A stretch of DNA of 63,379 nucleotides, filler included, from 9 parts of 9 records of this genome joined end to end with filler, not necessarily neighbours in it, one strand, 5' to 3'. Numbered from the whole stretch's first letter, positions 45,596 through 57,781 are shown. Numbers and translations: made by a program. The notes: generated from the sequence alone by a model not told the origin.

Positions 45596-47221
45596 TCACT
45601 TCTTTTTCTTCTTTTTATACATGTCTATATAATGCTGGTCCAGTTCTTCTGAATCGCCATATTTTATGCGCATATCATCTAATTCCTTGTGCATTCTTTT
45701 TACAACATCGGCATAAGCCGGATCGTTATACACATTATTCATTTCCTGCAAATCCTTTTTACGGTCGTACAATTCCCATTCATCTACATCGTCGTAAAAG
45801 TGAGCCATTTTATAATCGGTAGTAACAATACCGTAATGACGTTTTACCATGTGCGAACCGGGATATTCGTAGTAGTGATAATAAACTGCATCGCGAGTCC
45901 AGCTTTTTGTATCGCCTTTTAACAGCGGAATTAAACTTTCTCCCTGCATGTCGGCTGGTGCATCGATTCCTGCTGCTTCCAAAAAAGTTTGAGCAAAGTC
46001 CAGATTTTGAACCATCTCATCCGATTCTGAACCGGGTTTGATAACGCCGGGCCACTTCACCAGCAATGGGGTTTTAAACGATTCGTTGTAAATAAATCGT
46101 TTGTCGAACCAGCCGTGTTCTCCCAAATAAAATCCCTGGTCTGATGTATAAACAACGATTGTATTTTCATCGAGGTTATTTTCTTTTAAATAATCCAATA
46201 CACGCCCTACATTCTCGTCTACCGAGGCAATACAACCTAAATAATCCTGCATGTACCGCTGGTATTTCCAACGCATATAATCTTCGTCGGTCATTTCTGG
46301 ATATTTGGCTTTAAAGTCTTCGTTAACACCCATATAAACCGAATCCCATGTTGCTTTTTGTTCTGGGGTAAATCGTTTATATTTCATATTAAAAACATGC
46401 TTGCCCCAGTTGCTTGGTTCCTGAATTCCCAGTTCATCAAAAACTTCAGGATAAATTTTATTGTCGGCGCAAGCAGTCATATGTTCACGCAAATTCATTT
46501 CAGCCTGACGTGCAGCCGAGCCTCGCCCTTCATAATTATCGAATAAAGTTTCGGGCTCGGGGAAAGTACGTTTGGTAAACTCTTTAAAATGACGAGGTGC
46601 CGGTAACCACTCGCGGTGAGGTGCTTTATGCAAATACATCAGCATAAATGGTTTTTCTTCATCGCGACGATTTTTGAACCAGTCCAGGGTGAAGTCGGTA
46701 ATTACATCAGTAACATATCCTTCCACCTGGATTTTACCTTTATCGGTAATAAAATCAGGATTGTAATAGTCGCCCTGTCCCGGAAGAATTTTAAACTCAT
46801 CGAAACCTTTTGGGTTATTTCCAAAATGAAGTTTCCCAAACATGGCAGTTTGATAACCTGCATCTTGCAAAATTTGCGGAAAAGTTACATTGGTTGTATC
46901 AAAAGGAAAAACATTATCAATTTTACCCGTTAAATGTGTATGTTTTCCGGTTAAAATAGTTGCCCGCGATGGCGCACAAATTGAATTGGTAACACAGGCA
47001 TTTGTAAACAACATTCCCTCATCGGCAATGCGGTCGATATTTGGTGTTTCAATTAACTTATTGCTGTAGGCACTAATTGCCTGGTAAGCATGGTCGTCGC
47101 TCATTATAAAAATAATGTTCGGTCGCTTTGGTTTTTCAACCTTTTGTGTACACGATGTTACTAAAAATAGCATTCCCACTATGAGGAGAAAATAACAGCC
47201 AGTTAATTTGAGTGATTTCAT
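45596..47221 (-). CDS. Cys-type S1 sulfatase lipoprotein
   Basis: PNIIFIMSDDH, CAPSRA, GKLH, SDQG..GEHG..DKR. Confidence 0.93.
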   Translation of the reverse strand: MKSLKLTGCYFLLIVGMLFLVTSCTQKVEKPKRPNIIFIMSDDHAYQAISAYSNKLIETPNIDRIADEGMLFTNACVTNSICAPSRATILTGKHTHLTGKIDNVFPFDTTNVTFPQILQDAGYQTAMFGKLHFGNNPKGFDEFKILPGQGDYYNPDFITDKGKIQVEGYVTDVITDFTLDWFKNRRDEEKPFMLMYLHKAPHREWLPAPRHFKEFTKRTFPEPETLFDNYEGRGSAARQAEMNLREHMTACADNKIYPEVFDELGIQEPSNWGKHVFNMKYKRFTPEQKATWDSVYMGVNEDFKAKYPEMTDEDYMRWKYQRYMQDYLGCIASVDENVGRVLDYLKENNLDENTIVVYTSDQGFYLGEHGWFDKRFIYNESFKTPLLVKWPGVIKPGSESDEMVQNLDFAQTFLEAAGIDAPADMQGESLIPLLKGDTKSWTRDAVYYHYYEYPGSHMVKRHYGIVTTDYKMAHFYDDVDEWELYDRKKDLQEMNNVYNDPAYADVVKRMHKELDDMRIKYGDSEELDQHYIDMYKKKKKK

Positions 47222-47266
47222 ACGTTCTATATTTTAATATTTTGTGCTTAATCTCTTTTATTCGGG

Positions 47267-48844
47267 TTAATTGCTTGTGTTCCTAATGCCTTTTAGCGAA
47301 ACATAAGGCGCTTTGTAAACCCAATCAGGAACTTCATATTGAGTTCTTAATTTTTTCAATTCTTTCTTTAATTTTTCAACTTCCGGGTTGTAGTTCCGAT
47401 TTCCATACAAGTTATTCACTTCATTCGGGTCATTCTCTAAATCGTAAAACTCCCAAACATCATCGGTATAAAAATGAATGAGTTTGTAGCGATGCGTCCG
47501 CACTCCTTCGTGCCTTCCCACTTTATGCCTGCCGTGGTCGTAGTAATGATAATAAACCGATTTTCTCCAGTCTTCAGGTTCGTTTCCTTCCAAAACAGGT
47601 TTCATCGATTCGCCCTGCATTTCTTCAGGAATTTCAACATTTGCTAAATCTAAAAATGTTGGTCCGTAATCAATATTCTGAATCATTGCATCGGGGCGCG
47701 AACCCGGTTTAATTATTTTTGGGTACCTTATTAAAAACGGCATTTTCATTGCCTCTTCGTACATTAATCTTTTTTCGGCATAACCATGTTCGCCGGTAAA
47801 ATAACTTTGGTCGGAACTATAAACCACCACCGTATTTTCTTTTAACTGCTCATTTTCATCGAGCCACGAAAGAATACGTCCCACATTTTCATCCACGCCA
47901 TCAATAACCCTGATGTAGTCCTTAATAAAGCGCTGATAAGCGTATTTTTTCATCTTGTCGCCTTCTAAAAGTCCGGCTTCTTTCATTTTTTTGAACTCCT
48001 CATTTTGTGGGTCGATAAAAGAATGGTAAGCTTTTAATTGCTCTTCCGACATTCGTTTCAAATAGATGCTTTCCGACGGGTCGTATTCGCCGTATTTTGC
48101 CCGTGGACGATAATTTTTAATATGAAAGTTTACATCGGTTGCGTAATGGCTGCGGGTTTCAAAATCGTCGAATAAAGTAGCAGGCTCAGCAATTGTATCG
48201 TTAATATAACGACTCATAAAACGCAACTCGGGCATGCGCGGAACATGTGGAGCTTTGTACTGCACAAACAACATAAATGGATTTTCATCACCACTGTTTT
48301 TCTCCAGCCATTCCAACGATTCGTCGGTAATAATATCGGTTGAATATCCCTGGTGGGTAACTGTGTCTTTACCATTTACACAAAACTCCGGATTATAATA
48401 AAATCCTTGTTTCCCTGCACCGGTTAATACCTTCGAATAATTAAACTCGTCGCCCGGCAAACTGTTTAAATGCCATTTCCCTATTAAAGCGGTATTGTAA
48501 CCTGCCTTTTTCAACTCGCGTGGAAATAAGGTTTGGCTACCATCCCAGGGAGCGCCATTTCCTGTAATTCCATTTTTATGGCTGTGTTTTCCTGTTAAAA
48601 TAGATGCCCTGCTTGGTCCACAAATGGAATTAGTGCAAAAACTTTGTGTAAAAATTGCCCCCTCATTTGCAAGGCGGTCAATATTTGGTGTGTGATTTAT
48701 GGTACCATCGTAGGCACTAATTGCACGGTTGGCATGATCGTCGGCCATTATAAAAATAAAATTCGGACGAACATTTTCTGTTTCTTTTTCACATGCTGTA
48801 AGAAAGAATGAACCCAAAATCAATATGATAGTAATTATTCGCAT
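47267..48844 (-). CDS. Cys-type S1 sulfatase lipoprotein (paralog)
   Basis: PNFIFIMADDH, CGPSRA, GKWH; lipobox LTAC. Confidence 0.93.
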   Translation of the reverse strand: MRIITIILILGSFFLTACEKETENVRPNFIFIMADDHANRAISAYDGTINHTPNIDRLANEGAIFTQSFCTNSICGPSRASILTGKHSHKNGITGNGAPWDGSQTLFPRELKKAGYNTALIGKWHLNSLPGDEFNYSKVLTGAGKQGFYYNPEFCVNGKDTVTHQGYSTDIITDESLEWLEKNSGDENPFMLFVQYKAPHVPRMPELRFMSRYINDTIAEPATLFDDFETRSHYATDVNFHIKNYRPRAKYGEYDPSESIYLKRMSEEQLKAYHSFIDPQNEEFKKMKEAGLLEGDKMKKYAYQRFIKDYIRVIDGVDENVGRILSWLDENEQLKENTVVVYSSDQSYFTGEHGYAEKRLMYEEAMKMPFLIRYPKIIKPGSRPDAMIQNIDYGPTFLDLANVEIPEEMQGESMKPVLEGNEPEDWRKSVYYHYYDHGRHKVGRHEGVRTHRYKLIHFYTDDVWEFYDLENDPNEVNNLYGNRNYNPEVEKLKKELKKLRTQYEVPDWVYKAPYVSLKGIRNTSN

Positions 48845-51084
48845 TATTTCAGTTTGAATGAATTGCTTAGTACATCGCTTGAATTTCCTCCAACATAAAT
48901 TTCAAAATCGCCCGGTTCTGAACCGTAACTTAAATCGTGCCTGAAAAACTTCAGTTCTACCTCCGATATTTCAAAAGAAACCTGTTTCGATTCGCCTTTT
49001 TCAGGAATATTTTTTTGAATCCTTTTAGCTCTTTTAATGGGCGGGAAACACTTGCAACCATATCGCGGAGATAAAGTTGTACTACCTCTTCCCCATCGAA
49101 ATTGCCGCTATTTTTTATAGTAACTGTTGCTGTAATTTTATCATCAACATTCATTTCTCCTGAACTCAAAGTCAAGTCAGAATACTCAAATGTTGTGTAG
49201 CTCAATCCATAACCAAAAGGAAAAAGCGGCGTATTTGGCACATCGAGGTATTTCGAGGTGAATTTAAAATCTTCAATAATTGGGCGCCCCGTGTTTTTAC
49301 AGTTGTAGTAAATTGGAATTTGCCCTACATTTCGCGGGAAAGTAGCTGTTAGTTTTCCCGATGGATTGTAATCGCCAAATAAAACATCGGCTAATCCGGC
49401 ACCTGCCATAACACCACCGTGCCAGGCTTCTATAATTGCATCAACATTTTCGTTTTCCCACGAAAGTGTTAAAGGTCGTCCGTTGGAAAGAACCAGCACA
49501 ACAGGTTTCCCGGTTGCCAGCATTTCTTTTAGTAATTTTTTCTGACATTCAGGAATGCCAATATCCGAACGGCTGGCTGCTTCGCCCGACCAGGCGCGAG
49601 GTTCGCCCAAAACGGCAACAATTACATCTGCTTCATCAGCAACTTGTTTGGCTTCTTCGAGCAATATTTTTTCGTCCTCTTTAGTTTGAACGATATAATC
49701 TTCTTTTTCTTGTTTCGGTTTAACAGGAAGGTATCGGTAGTAAAAAACGAGCCTTTTGCATAAAGGATTTCTGCTTTTTCGCCGGCAACATTTTTAATTC
49801 CTTCGAGCATGGTAACCACTTTGTCGGTTCTTCTTGTTCCTGCCCACGTTCCCAGCATATCTTCTTTGCTGTTGGCAAGCGGACCTACCACGGCAATTTT
49901 ACCTTTCTTTTGAAGTGGAAGTATATTTTTTTCATTTTTCAGAAGCACAATTGAACGTTTTGCAATCCCGCGTGCAACAGCTAAATGTTTTTCTGAAAGA
50001 ATTATTTCTTTTGCTTTTTCGGCGTTAAAATAACGGTAAGGGTCTTCGAAAAGCCCAAGTTTATATTTGGCTTCCAAAACCCTGCGGCAAGCCAGGTCAA
50101 TTTCAGCTTGTGAAACTTTACCTTCTTCCAGCGATTTACTTAATGTTCCAATAAATCCTTGTCCTACCATATCCATATCAACACCGGCTTTTAATGCCAT
50201 AACCGACACTTCTTCGATGTTGCCCATTCCATGATGAATCATTTCGTTGATAGCAGTAAAATCGGTAACCACAAAACCGTTAAATCCCCACTGCTCGCGC
50301 AGTAAGTCGTTCATTAACCATTTATTGCCGGTTGCCGGTATTCCATCTACCAAATTGAATGATGTCATTGCACTTCCAGCCCCTTCATCAAAGGCGGCTT
50401 TGTACGGAGGTAAGTAATCCTTAACATGGTCCAGCGGCTCATATCAACGGTGTTGTAATCGCGACCAGCTTCTGATGCGCCATACAATGCAAAATGTTTT
50501 ACACAAGCCATTATTGTATTTTGTTTCGAAAGGTCGTTGCCCTGGTAACCGCGCACATAAGCTTTTGCAATTTGCGAACCTAATAAGGTATCTTCGCCTG
50601 CGCCTTCGGCAATTCGTCCCCAACGTGGGTCGCGACAAACATCTACCATTGGCGAATAGGTCCAGCAAATACCCGAAACAGCCGACTCTTCGGCAGCAAT
50701 ACGGGCATGTTTTTCAATGCGCCCCAAATCCCACATACATGCCATTGCCAGCGGAATTGGGAAAGTTGTCGTGTGTCCGTGAATCACGTCTTTACCCGCA
50801 ATTAAAGGAATTCCCATGCGCGATTCATTCACTGCAATTTCCTGGTTTTCCAGACCATGCGAGGCTCCAATTAGTCCTTTGCGTATTAGCTCCGGCTTAC
50901 CACCTCCTTCAGTAATTACAGGCAAGTTGCCCACACCCGATGAAAGATTTAGTTGCCCCAGTTTTTCATTCAAAGTCATTTCATTTAACAATGAATCAAT
51001 AAAAGCATCCATCTTTGTGTCTTGAGCAACAACAAAGGAACTTGAACCTACAATAAAAAGCAGTAACAGTAAAAATTTTATCAT
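48844..51084 (-). CDS. bglX: GH3 beta-glucosidase, BglX-like, broken by about three apparent frameshifts
   Basis: RDPRWGR, VKHFALYG, VVTDF, NPSGKL, LFPFGYGLSY and EVVQLY spread over ORFs 50365-51084, 49622-50368 and 48957-49664; the terminus VGGNSSDV..KLK* overlaps the sulfatase ATG. Confidence 0.88.
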
Positions 51085-51255
51085 GTTTTTATGTTTATCC
51101 AGTATTGAGGACTGAATTGAATTCGAAACAGATTTGTTAGCGTATAGGGGAATCTATATTAAGTTCTAAATTAGGGACCGGTAGAAATACCGGCCCCTAA
51201 TTATAAACTAACTAACCAAACTAACTATTCGTATACTCTTATAATAGTTAACATA

Positions 51256-51393
51256 TTATTCTCCAACGGTTGTAGGGAACAATCCTGATACAGGAGCTTC
51301 TGCCAATCCGGGATGATTATCAATTTGTGGCTGTGGAGTTGGGAAAAATTCATCTTCACCGGCAGTAAAGTTAGAACCAAGTTCACTTGTTTT
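51256..51393 (-). CDS. C-terminus of a SusD/RagB-family protein
   Basis: ..DEFFPTPQPQIDNHPGL.., upstream of a GH3 and sulfatases. Confidence 0.65.
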   Translation of the reverse strand, partial: KTSELGSNFTAGEDEFFPTPQPQIDNHPGLAEAPVSGLFPTTVGE

Positions 51394-51493
51394 NNNNNNN
51401 NNNNNNNNNNNNNNNNNNNNNNNNNNNNNNNNNNNNNTTAATTAATTAANNNNNNNNNNNNNNNNNNNNNNNNNNNNNNNNNNNNNNNNNNNN

Positions 51494-52357
51494 AAAAAAA
51501 CAGCAAAAATATATTTACGAGACAGATTTAATAAGAACTATGACAGCAATGGTGAAACTCAGCAAGCTGTTGTACTAAAGTTTGTACCCGAGGATGCAAC
51601 GGATTTATCCTTTAACTTTAAGGATAAAACAGAATTTTCAATCGATTTTAAAGAGGAAGATATATATTTCAATTATAAAGCAAATGATGGTGAGATTGCT
51701 TTTTCAGAATATATGCCAAATGACTTTGAACTGAAATCAGATAGTAGTTATTATTTCTTCTTTGCTTTTGATGCTGATGCTAATATTCGCGCTTTGGTTT
51801 ATGAGGAAGATAACTATTTAAACAGAGCAGAATTCGAAACGTCATTATATAAAGATAGCGATAAGATTTTTGATAATGGGTGGAGGATGTCGATACTATT
51901 TGGTAAAGAGCAACAATTTAGTATTTGCGAATATTCAGTTTGGACATTTGAAAATTTTGCAAAATCAAGTGTTGAATCTAAAACTTCGGAATCAAATGAC
52001 GAAGAAAATAACAACGTCGAAGGTAGCGACGAATATGGTCCATATTGGGAAATCGATATGGGAAATGACTTTTATATTATGAGCGATATGGTTTGGCACG
52101 AATTTGATCCGCAAGACTTTAAAATTGGCTCAGGCGATACTTTTAAAGGTTATGTGCTTAAGGACTTTCTGGACATGGCAGGAAACAGCTCTGATGTAGC
52201 AACAGTTGTTTTTAAGGATGGTAGCGAAGCGGAAGCGAATCCAACTTTTGATACTTTTATAGTCTTTGAGAAAAATGGTGAGTTCTTGGGTGCTCCATAT
52301 ATGCTATCACTAAATGGATTTTCAGATCAGCCAGTTGTAAAAGTTTCCCCTAAATAA
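51494..52357 (+). CDS. Hypothetical protein (probably 5' truncated)
   Basis: The 214-aa ORF from 51713 has coding-like sequence upstream towards the contig start. Confidence 0.6.
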   Translation, partial: KKTAKIYLRDRFNKNYDSNGETQQAVVLKFVPEDATDLSFNFKDKTEFSIDFKEEDIYFNYKANDGEIAFSEYMPNDFELKSDSSYYFFFAFDADANIRALVYEEDNYLNRAEFETSLYKDSDKIFDNGWRMSILFGKEQQFSICEYSVWTFENFAKSSVESKTSESNDEENNNVEGSDEYGPYWEIDMGNDFYIMSDMVWHEFDPQDFKIGSGDTFKGYVLKDFLDMAGNSSDVATVVFKDGSEAEANPTFDTFIVFEKNGEFLGAPYMLSLNGFSDQPVVKVSPK

Positions 52358-52533
52358 TAACTAAAAAGAATACTAACCAGTGTATCATCAATTTGTTACA
52401 CTGGTTGTATTAATCATTGAGTATATAAAACCTAATTAATGATTAATATAGATAACCAATTATTGTTTGAAAAATAAAGAATTTAACATATAATGTAGTT
52501 AAAGTATATTGGGTCATATTTAAAGGAGTTTTT

Positions 52534-55500
52534 ATGAAAAAAGCGTTTATTCTAATCATTATTGTTTTGTTATTTTGTGGGTGCAATAATGCAAAAACGG
52601 AAGAACCGATTGAGAGTTCTGAGCCACTTACACAGGAGAAAGTTGAAGCAAATGAAGAAGCGAGTGGTGTTATAAATACTTTTAGAACCAAAGAAATCAA
52701 GCCGATTGAAGAAAACCCACATTTCTTTTCTGTTCTTTCAGATGAAGAGATGGTGGATAGAAAAAACGGATTAGGTGGATGGTTTGCTTTTAATGATTTA
52801 ACATATAAAGCATTTGATTTAGGTGGTATGAAAGATAGTTCCAATAGCGCTATATTAGTAAAACATCGCAGCAGTGCTTTAGCTGGTGGTTCAACTGTTA
52901 TACTGTTTTCAAACAAGATGTCCAATAAATGGTTTTGTCCAGCACTTTTAATTGATTCAAATGGCTCAATAGATATTGAGTTACCTCCTGTTGAAAATGA
53001 GCCTAATGGATTTAAAGAGAATATAGGCAAGATTAGGTATGCCTCAAATGAATGGTATTATACATTTATGGCATTGGATGAAAAACATAATTGCTGTGTT
53101 TTAGTTTGGCAGGAAAACAATCCTAAAAACAATGCTTACTATAAATGTAATATAAACAAATATCATAATTCAGATAGTGGTATGTATGGTCGATATATTC
53201 AAGCATCGGTTGATTTCTCTACAAATGAACAGAATTTACATTCGGTAAATGCATATAGAGAAAACTGGGATCTGGCATCATTTGAAGTCTTTGAATTCAA
53301 TAGTGGTGATGATATAACTGCAATCTATAAAAAAAATCTTCATATTAATGAAGAAACCAATAGCAGCGATATAATTGCTGCTATTAATGATTCATCTAAA
53401 CAGGTGATAAATTACACAGGTGATAGTCTAGTAGAAAATATGAACTTTGACTGGGATGTTAATAAATGTAAAGGAAAACTACTATGTGAGGATGGATATG
53501 TATCTGCAAAACTTCAGACAATAACAAACGATATGGCTAGAAAATCTAAAAACCAGTTTGAACAAGCAAGTTATAAATACTCAGGTGAAGAAGAAAAATA
53601 CCAGCTTGCTGTTGAGTTATTTGAGTCTGGTGATTATTATAACGCTTATTTACTTTTTGACAAGCTAAATGGATACGGTGATAGTCAAAGTTATTTAGAT
53701 GAGTGTAAACAAAAACTGCAAACAATTGATATTCAAACTCAAGAGATTGCCAATGCAATTGGAGAAAAGCTGATTGAGCTTGAAATGCCGATTTATGATT
53801 ATCTATACGTGTATCAAGTTGAAAAAATAGAGAGTATTGACTTAACATCATGTAAAATTGAAGATTTAACTTTTATTAAATATTTTACTGGCTTAAAAGA
53901 ATTAAAGCTCGATAGAAATGCTATTTATGATTTAACACCAATAAAAGATTTATATTCTCTTGAGACTTTATCACTTGATAAAAACAATATTGTTGATGTT
54001 AAACCGTTAAGCAATTTAACGAACTTAAAGTATTTAAACTTAGCAAATAATATGATTGAAGACGTATCGGGATTGGAAAATCTATCTTCTCTAAGCACTT
54101 TGGATTTATCTACCAATAATCTAACGGCTATTGTTGGTTTGGAGAAAATTGAAAACCTAGAATCTGTTGATTTAAGCTGTAACTTTATTACTTCGGTAAA
54201 GATATTAAGCGATATGCAAATAAAAGAGCTGAATATTATGAATACTTATATTAACAATTTAGTTGAAGTTTCTAGTTTCACTCAGTTAGAAACCCTAAAA
54301 GCTGGGTTTGTATATAATGGCTATGAAAATAACAGTGATAATAAATACGATCCATTGCCAATTAAATACGAGAAGGACGAATACTATTATGGAGGATTAA
54401 CAGGAGTAGAACACTTATCGAAACTTAACAGCATCAAAAATCTCAATCTTTCTAGTGTAAAGATTGATTCAATAGAGCCATTATTGCAGATGTCTAATCT
54501 AGAGAGTTTATCTTTAAGAGGTTATACAGGAACTAGTGAATTTGAAATATTAAATAACTTTACTAAACTTAAAGAATTAAGTTTGAACGGCTGGGGCAAC
54601 GAGGGAATTGAAGATTTATCTTTCCTATACAATATGCCGAATCTTGAAAAACTTGACTTGATGGGATTCCATGGTGGGGACTATTCGCCAGTTTCCTCTT
54701 TAGTTAATCTGCAAGAACTTCGCACATACAACAATATGTCTGATATTTCATTTATAAAACCGCTTAAAAATTTAAGGCTTTTGACATTTGTTGATTGCTG
54801 GGATATTAGTGATTTTACGCCTTTGCTAGGTTCTGATAATTTGGAATATCTAGAGTTTAGGTACAATTCGCATATAAGTGATTTTAAAACAATTACACAA
54901 ATAGACACGTTAAAGTATTTAAGAGTCGACGCTGGAATAGACACAATAGAAGGCGTTGAGAACCTTCAAAACTTGGAGTATCTTAAATTGGGCAGTATTC
55001 CTATTGATTTGCCAAGAGAAAATAGAGAAAATCACATTAAATCGCACTTTGAGGAAATGAGCAATATAAAATACCTGGAGGCAGGTGTCTGGCTTGAAAA
55101 TGGTAATGATTACGCTCAGTATGGATTTGGCACACAGACCCTTAAAGAATCAATCGAAGAGCCAGCGGATGAAGGTATAGAGATTGAGGCGTCGGACTAT
55201 TATATTTTGCCAACAGAAGAACATGCGAATTCATTGCCATATTATAATGCGAAGCAAAACCTTGTAATCTCATTTGAGAACTATAATCAGATACAACCAA
55301 TTAATTTGAAAATACCTCACAATGTAAGGAATCTTTATCTTATTGGCTATGATAACTTAAAGATAGTGTTGGATTGTGAAGACCATAAAGGGCTTGAAAG
55401 AATTGCGGTATCAGAATATAACTTTTATGATTTTAACGGATCTAGAGGAGAGGGTGGTAGATTCACTGTAAGTGAAAATTTAGATGGCCTTAAAGGCTGT

Positions 55501-55707
55501 ACTAATTTGAAAGAAATTTATATGGAATATGCTGGATTATCCGATATAAGCGGACTTGAGGATTGTGATAAGCTTGAAGTTTTACATCTTCAAGGTAATA
55601 GAATTAGGGATATTTCGGTTCTTGCAGATAAGGAAAACTTAAAGGAGGTTCAGCTATTGGGTAATGGAACTAAGAATAAGGACATATTGAATGATATATT
55701 GAATTAA
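52534..55707 (+). CDS. Leucine-rich repeat (internalin-like) lipoprotein
   Basis: Lipobox-like FCGC; many LxxLxLxxNxIxDl repeats; TPR-like segment YQLAVELFESGDYYNAY. Confidence 0.85.
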   Translation: MKKAFILIIIVLLFCGCNNAKTEEPIESSEPLTQEKVEANEEASGVINTFRTKEIKPIEENPHFFSVLSDEEMVDRKNGLGGWFAFNDLTYKAFDLGGMKDSSNSAILVKHRSSALAGGSTVILFSNKMSNKWFCPALLIDSNGSIDIELPPVENEPNGFKENIGKIRYASNEWYYTFMALDEKHNCCVLVWQENNPKNNAYYKCNINKYHNSDSGMYGRYIQASVDFSTNEQNLHSVNAYRENWDLASFEVFEFNSGDDITAIYKKNLHINEETNSSDIIAAINDSSKQVINYTGDSLVENMNFDWDVNKCKGKLLCEDGYVSAKLQTITNDMARKSKNQFEQASYKYSGEEEKYQLAVELFESGDYYNAYLLFDKLNGYGDSQSYLDECKQKLQTIDIQTQEIANAIGEKLIELEMPIYDYLYVYQVEKIESIDLTSCKIEDLTFIKYFTGLKELKLDRNAIYDLTPIKDLYSLETLSLDKNNIVDVKPLSNLTNLKYLNLANNMIEDVSGLENLSSLSTLDLSTNNLTAIVGLEKIENLESVDLSCNFITSVKILSDMQIKELNIMNTYINNLVEVSSFTQLETLKAGFVYNGYENNSDNKYDPLPIKYEKDEYYYGGLTGVEHLSKLNSIKNLNLSSVKIDSIEPLLQMSNLESLSLRGYTGTSEFEILNNFTKLKELSLNGWGNEGIEDLSFLYNMPNLEKLDLMGFHGGDYSPVSSLVNLQELRTYNNMSDISFIKPLKNLRLLTFVDCWDISDFTPLLGSDNLEYLEFRYNSHISDFKTITQIDTLKYLRVDAGIDTIEGVENLQNLEYLKLGSIPIDLPRENRENHIKSHFEEMSNIKYLEAGVWLENGNDYAQYGFGTQTLKESIEEPADEGIEIEASDYYILPTEEHANSLPYYNAKQNLVISFENYNQIQPINLKIPHNVRNLYLIGYDNLKIVLDCEDHKGLERIAVSEYNFYDFNGSRGEGGRFTVSENLDGLKGCTNLKEIYMEYAGLSDISGLEDCDKLEVLHLQGNRIRDISVLADKENLKEVQLLGNGTKNKDILNDILN

Positions 55708-55965
55708 AAATGACTTTTATAACGTAGAACTCTATTGGTTTAGAGTTCTTTATAGTATGAAAGTGTGCCGTCTGTTATTTTACTTGTAAGATCATTATAT
55801 AGTGCCTTGTCAGAGCTTATGATTTATTTCTATCTATGTTAATCCAATGTATAATGACTTTTTAAATTGGTTCTATATAAATGACTTTGTTTTGGCTCTA
55901 CACAGAACCGTTTAATAAGATTATACTATGATTATCATTTTTTACAACAATTACAAGGAGATAGT

Positions 55966-56975
55966 ATGATTAAAAAAATTGAATTAGGCAATACAGGTGA
56001 AATGTTAAGCCAATATACATTAGGGACTATGTTAATGGAAGTAGGATGAATGAAGTGGATTCATTCAAAGTGCTTGATGATTACGTATTTAACAAAGGTG
56101 GAAACTTTCTAGATACGGCAAATAGTTATGCATGGTGGCTGGGGAATGAGCAAAACAGTGGGAATGAAAGTGAATTACTTGTAGGGAATTGGTTACAAAA
56201 GCACCAAAATAGAAAAGAAATCTTCCTTGCAACCAAGGTAGGGGCTAATTGGTTTGATAATAAGGTGATTTTTAATGAGGATGGTACACCAAAGTTTGAC
56301 CAATGGCTTGAGAATATAGAAGGTGCTACAGAATTAGCAATTCGAGCTGGGCTAGAAGGAAGTCTTAAGCGATTGCAAACGGAATATATAGATTTATATT
56401 ATATACATGTGGATGACCGAAACACTCCACTTGAAGAGACACTTAGAACTTTAGATGCATTGGTTAAAGAAGGTAAGATTCGTCATATTGGCTATAGTAA
56501 TGTGCAAACATGGCGTATCGAGCGGATTTTTAATATGTGCGAAAAACATGGATTTGTAAAACCTGTATTAATTCAGCAAGAATATTCCTATATAAATCCT
56601 GCAAAGTACTCGAAGCATGACTTTGCAAATCATGCTAAAGAAGATTTTTTCGATTGGTTGGAAAATACTAATGGTGTTAATATGACTGCGTATTCCCCGC
56701 TTCTAAAGGGTATATTTGTTAACAAAGCGAGAAGAGAAGAATGGTTAAACACTGACGACTATGATTCCGCATATACAAGAAAGAGGTTGGCTATATTGCT
56801 TGATATTGCGGAAGAGATGAATGTTTCTCCAAATGCTCTGGCGTTATCATGGATGGCAAAGCATAAAAAAGGTATATTCCCTATATTGGGATTCTCAAAG
56901 GTGGAACAATATATGGAAAACATAGCGTGTATAGATATTGAAATTTCGGATTCTGATATGGAGAAACTTAGATAA
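55966..56975 (+). CDS. Aldo/keto reductase (apparent frameshift near 56038)
   Basis: MIKKIELGNTG..LGTMLM, then FLDTANSY, LATKVG, SLKRLQTEYIDLYYIH, YSPL. Confidence 0.88.
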
Positions 56976-57553
56976 AAAACTGCTTAATAAGGTAGAAGTT
57001 TTATAGTACAAAGAGGCTATTTTGATAAACATACCGAGTAAGAGTAGCTAACAAAGTACAAAGTGAATTTTATGTAAACGTAGAACACGATAAGCATTAC
57101 ATTTTTTGTAGTGCTTTTTATTTATGAGCAGCAATGTTTTTGGAGAGTTTTTCTTAGTATTTATATAAAGTAACTGACAATATGTTTAGTATAGTTAAAA
57201 TAGTATCACTAAAAGCATATTTATGAAATAGATGTAAATTGATATTAGTCAAATAATGTACATAAGTTGTATAATTTTTGTAAAGATACAAGTGAAAATA
57301 TTGTATTTATTTATCAATGGGTATATAATAACAAAGTTTTTAATAAAATATTGGAGCTTAGGGTGTATTTGTCTTTCAAAGGAAAAATTGCATGGTCTGT
57401 TTAATTAAAGATAAAACAATTCAATTGTACTGTACAAAAGCAATAGGATAATGCTTTATATATTTGCAACATTAACTGAAATATCATCATAAATATTATT
57501 TTTATGCTAAATTATGTAACGCTATTTATATTAATATTAGAGGAATTAAAATC

Positions 57554-57781
57554 ATGAAAAAAGATTCATCACTAAAAAGAATGATACCTTTAATCTGTGG
57601 GTTAATTGGAATTTTGATATTTATTTTATTATACGGAGTTGGGACATTAGATGTAACAAATGACCAATGGATTTTAAATGGATATGACGAACCTGATATT
57701 ACTCAGCGCTATGCTGGATGGGTTGATTATAAAGATCAGCCTTGGGATTTACCATTGGGGGAAACCCAACTTTCGGGATAT
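57554..57781 (+). CDS. Membrane protein N-terminus (DUF6311-like), 3' truncated
   Basis: TM segment followed by LDVTNDQWI..DITQRYAGW..WDLPLG. Confidence 0.5.

Noticed and set aside
12523-56975. Many split genes (xseB, methyltransferase, kinase-TPR, hybrid kinase, EFR1, bglX, aldo/keto reductase) suggesting pseudogenes or programmed frameshifting
   Set aside because: Breaks are single-base indels, mostly at homopolymers, across unrelated organisms and with otherwise intact sequence; sequencing error is the simplest explanation. Reads would confirm.
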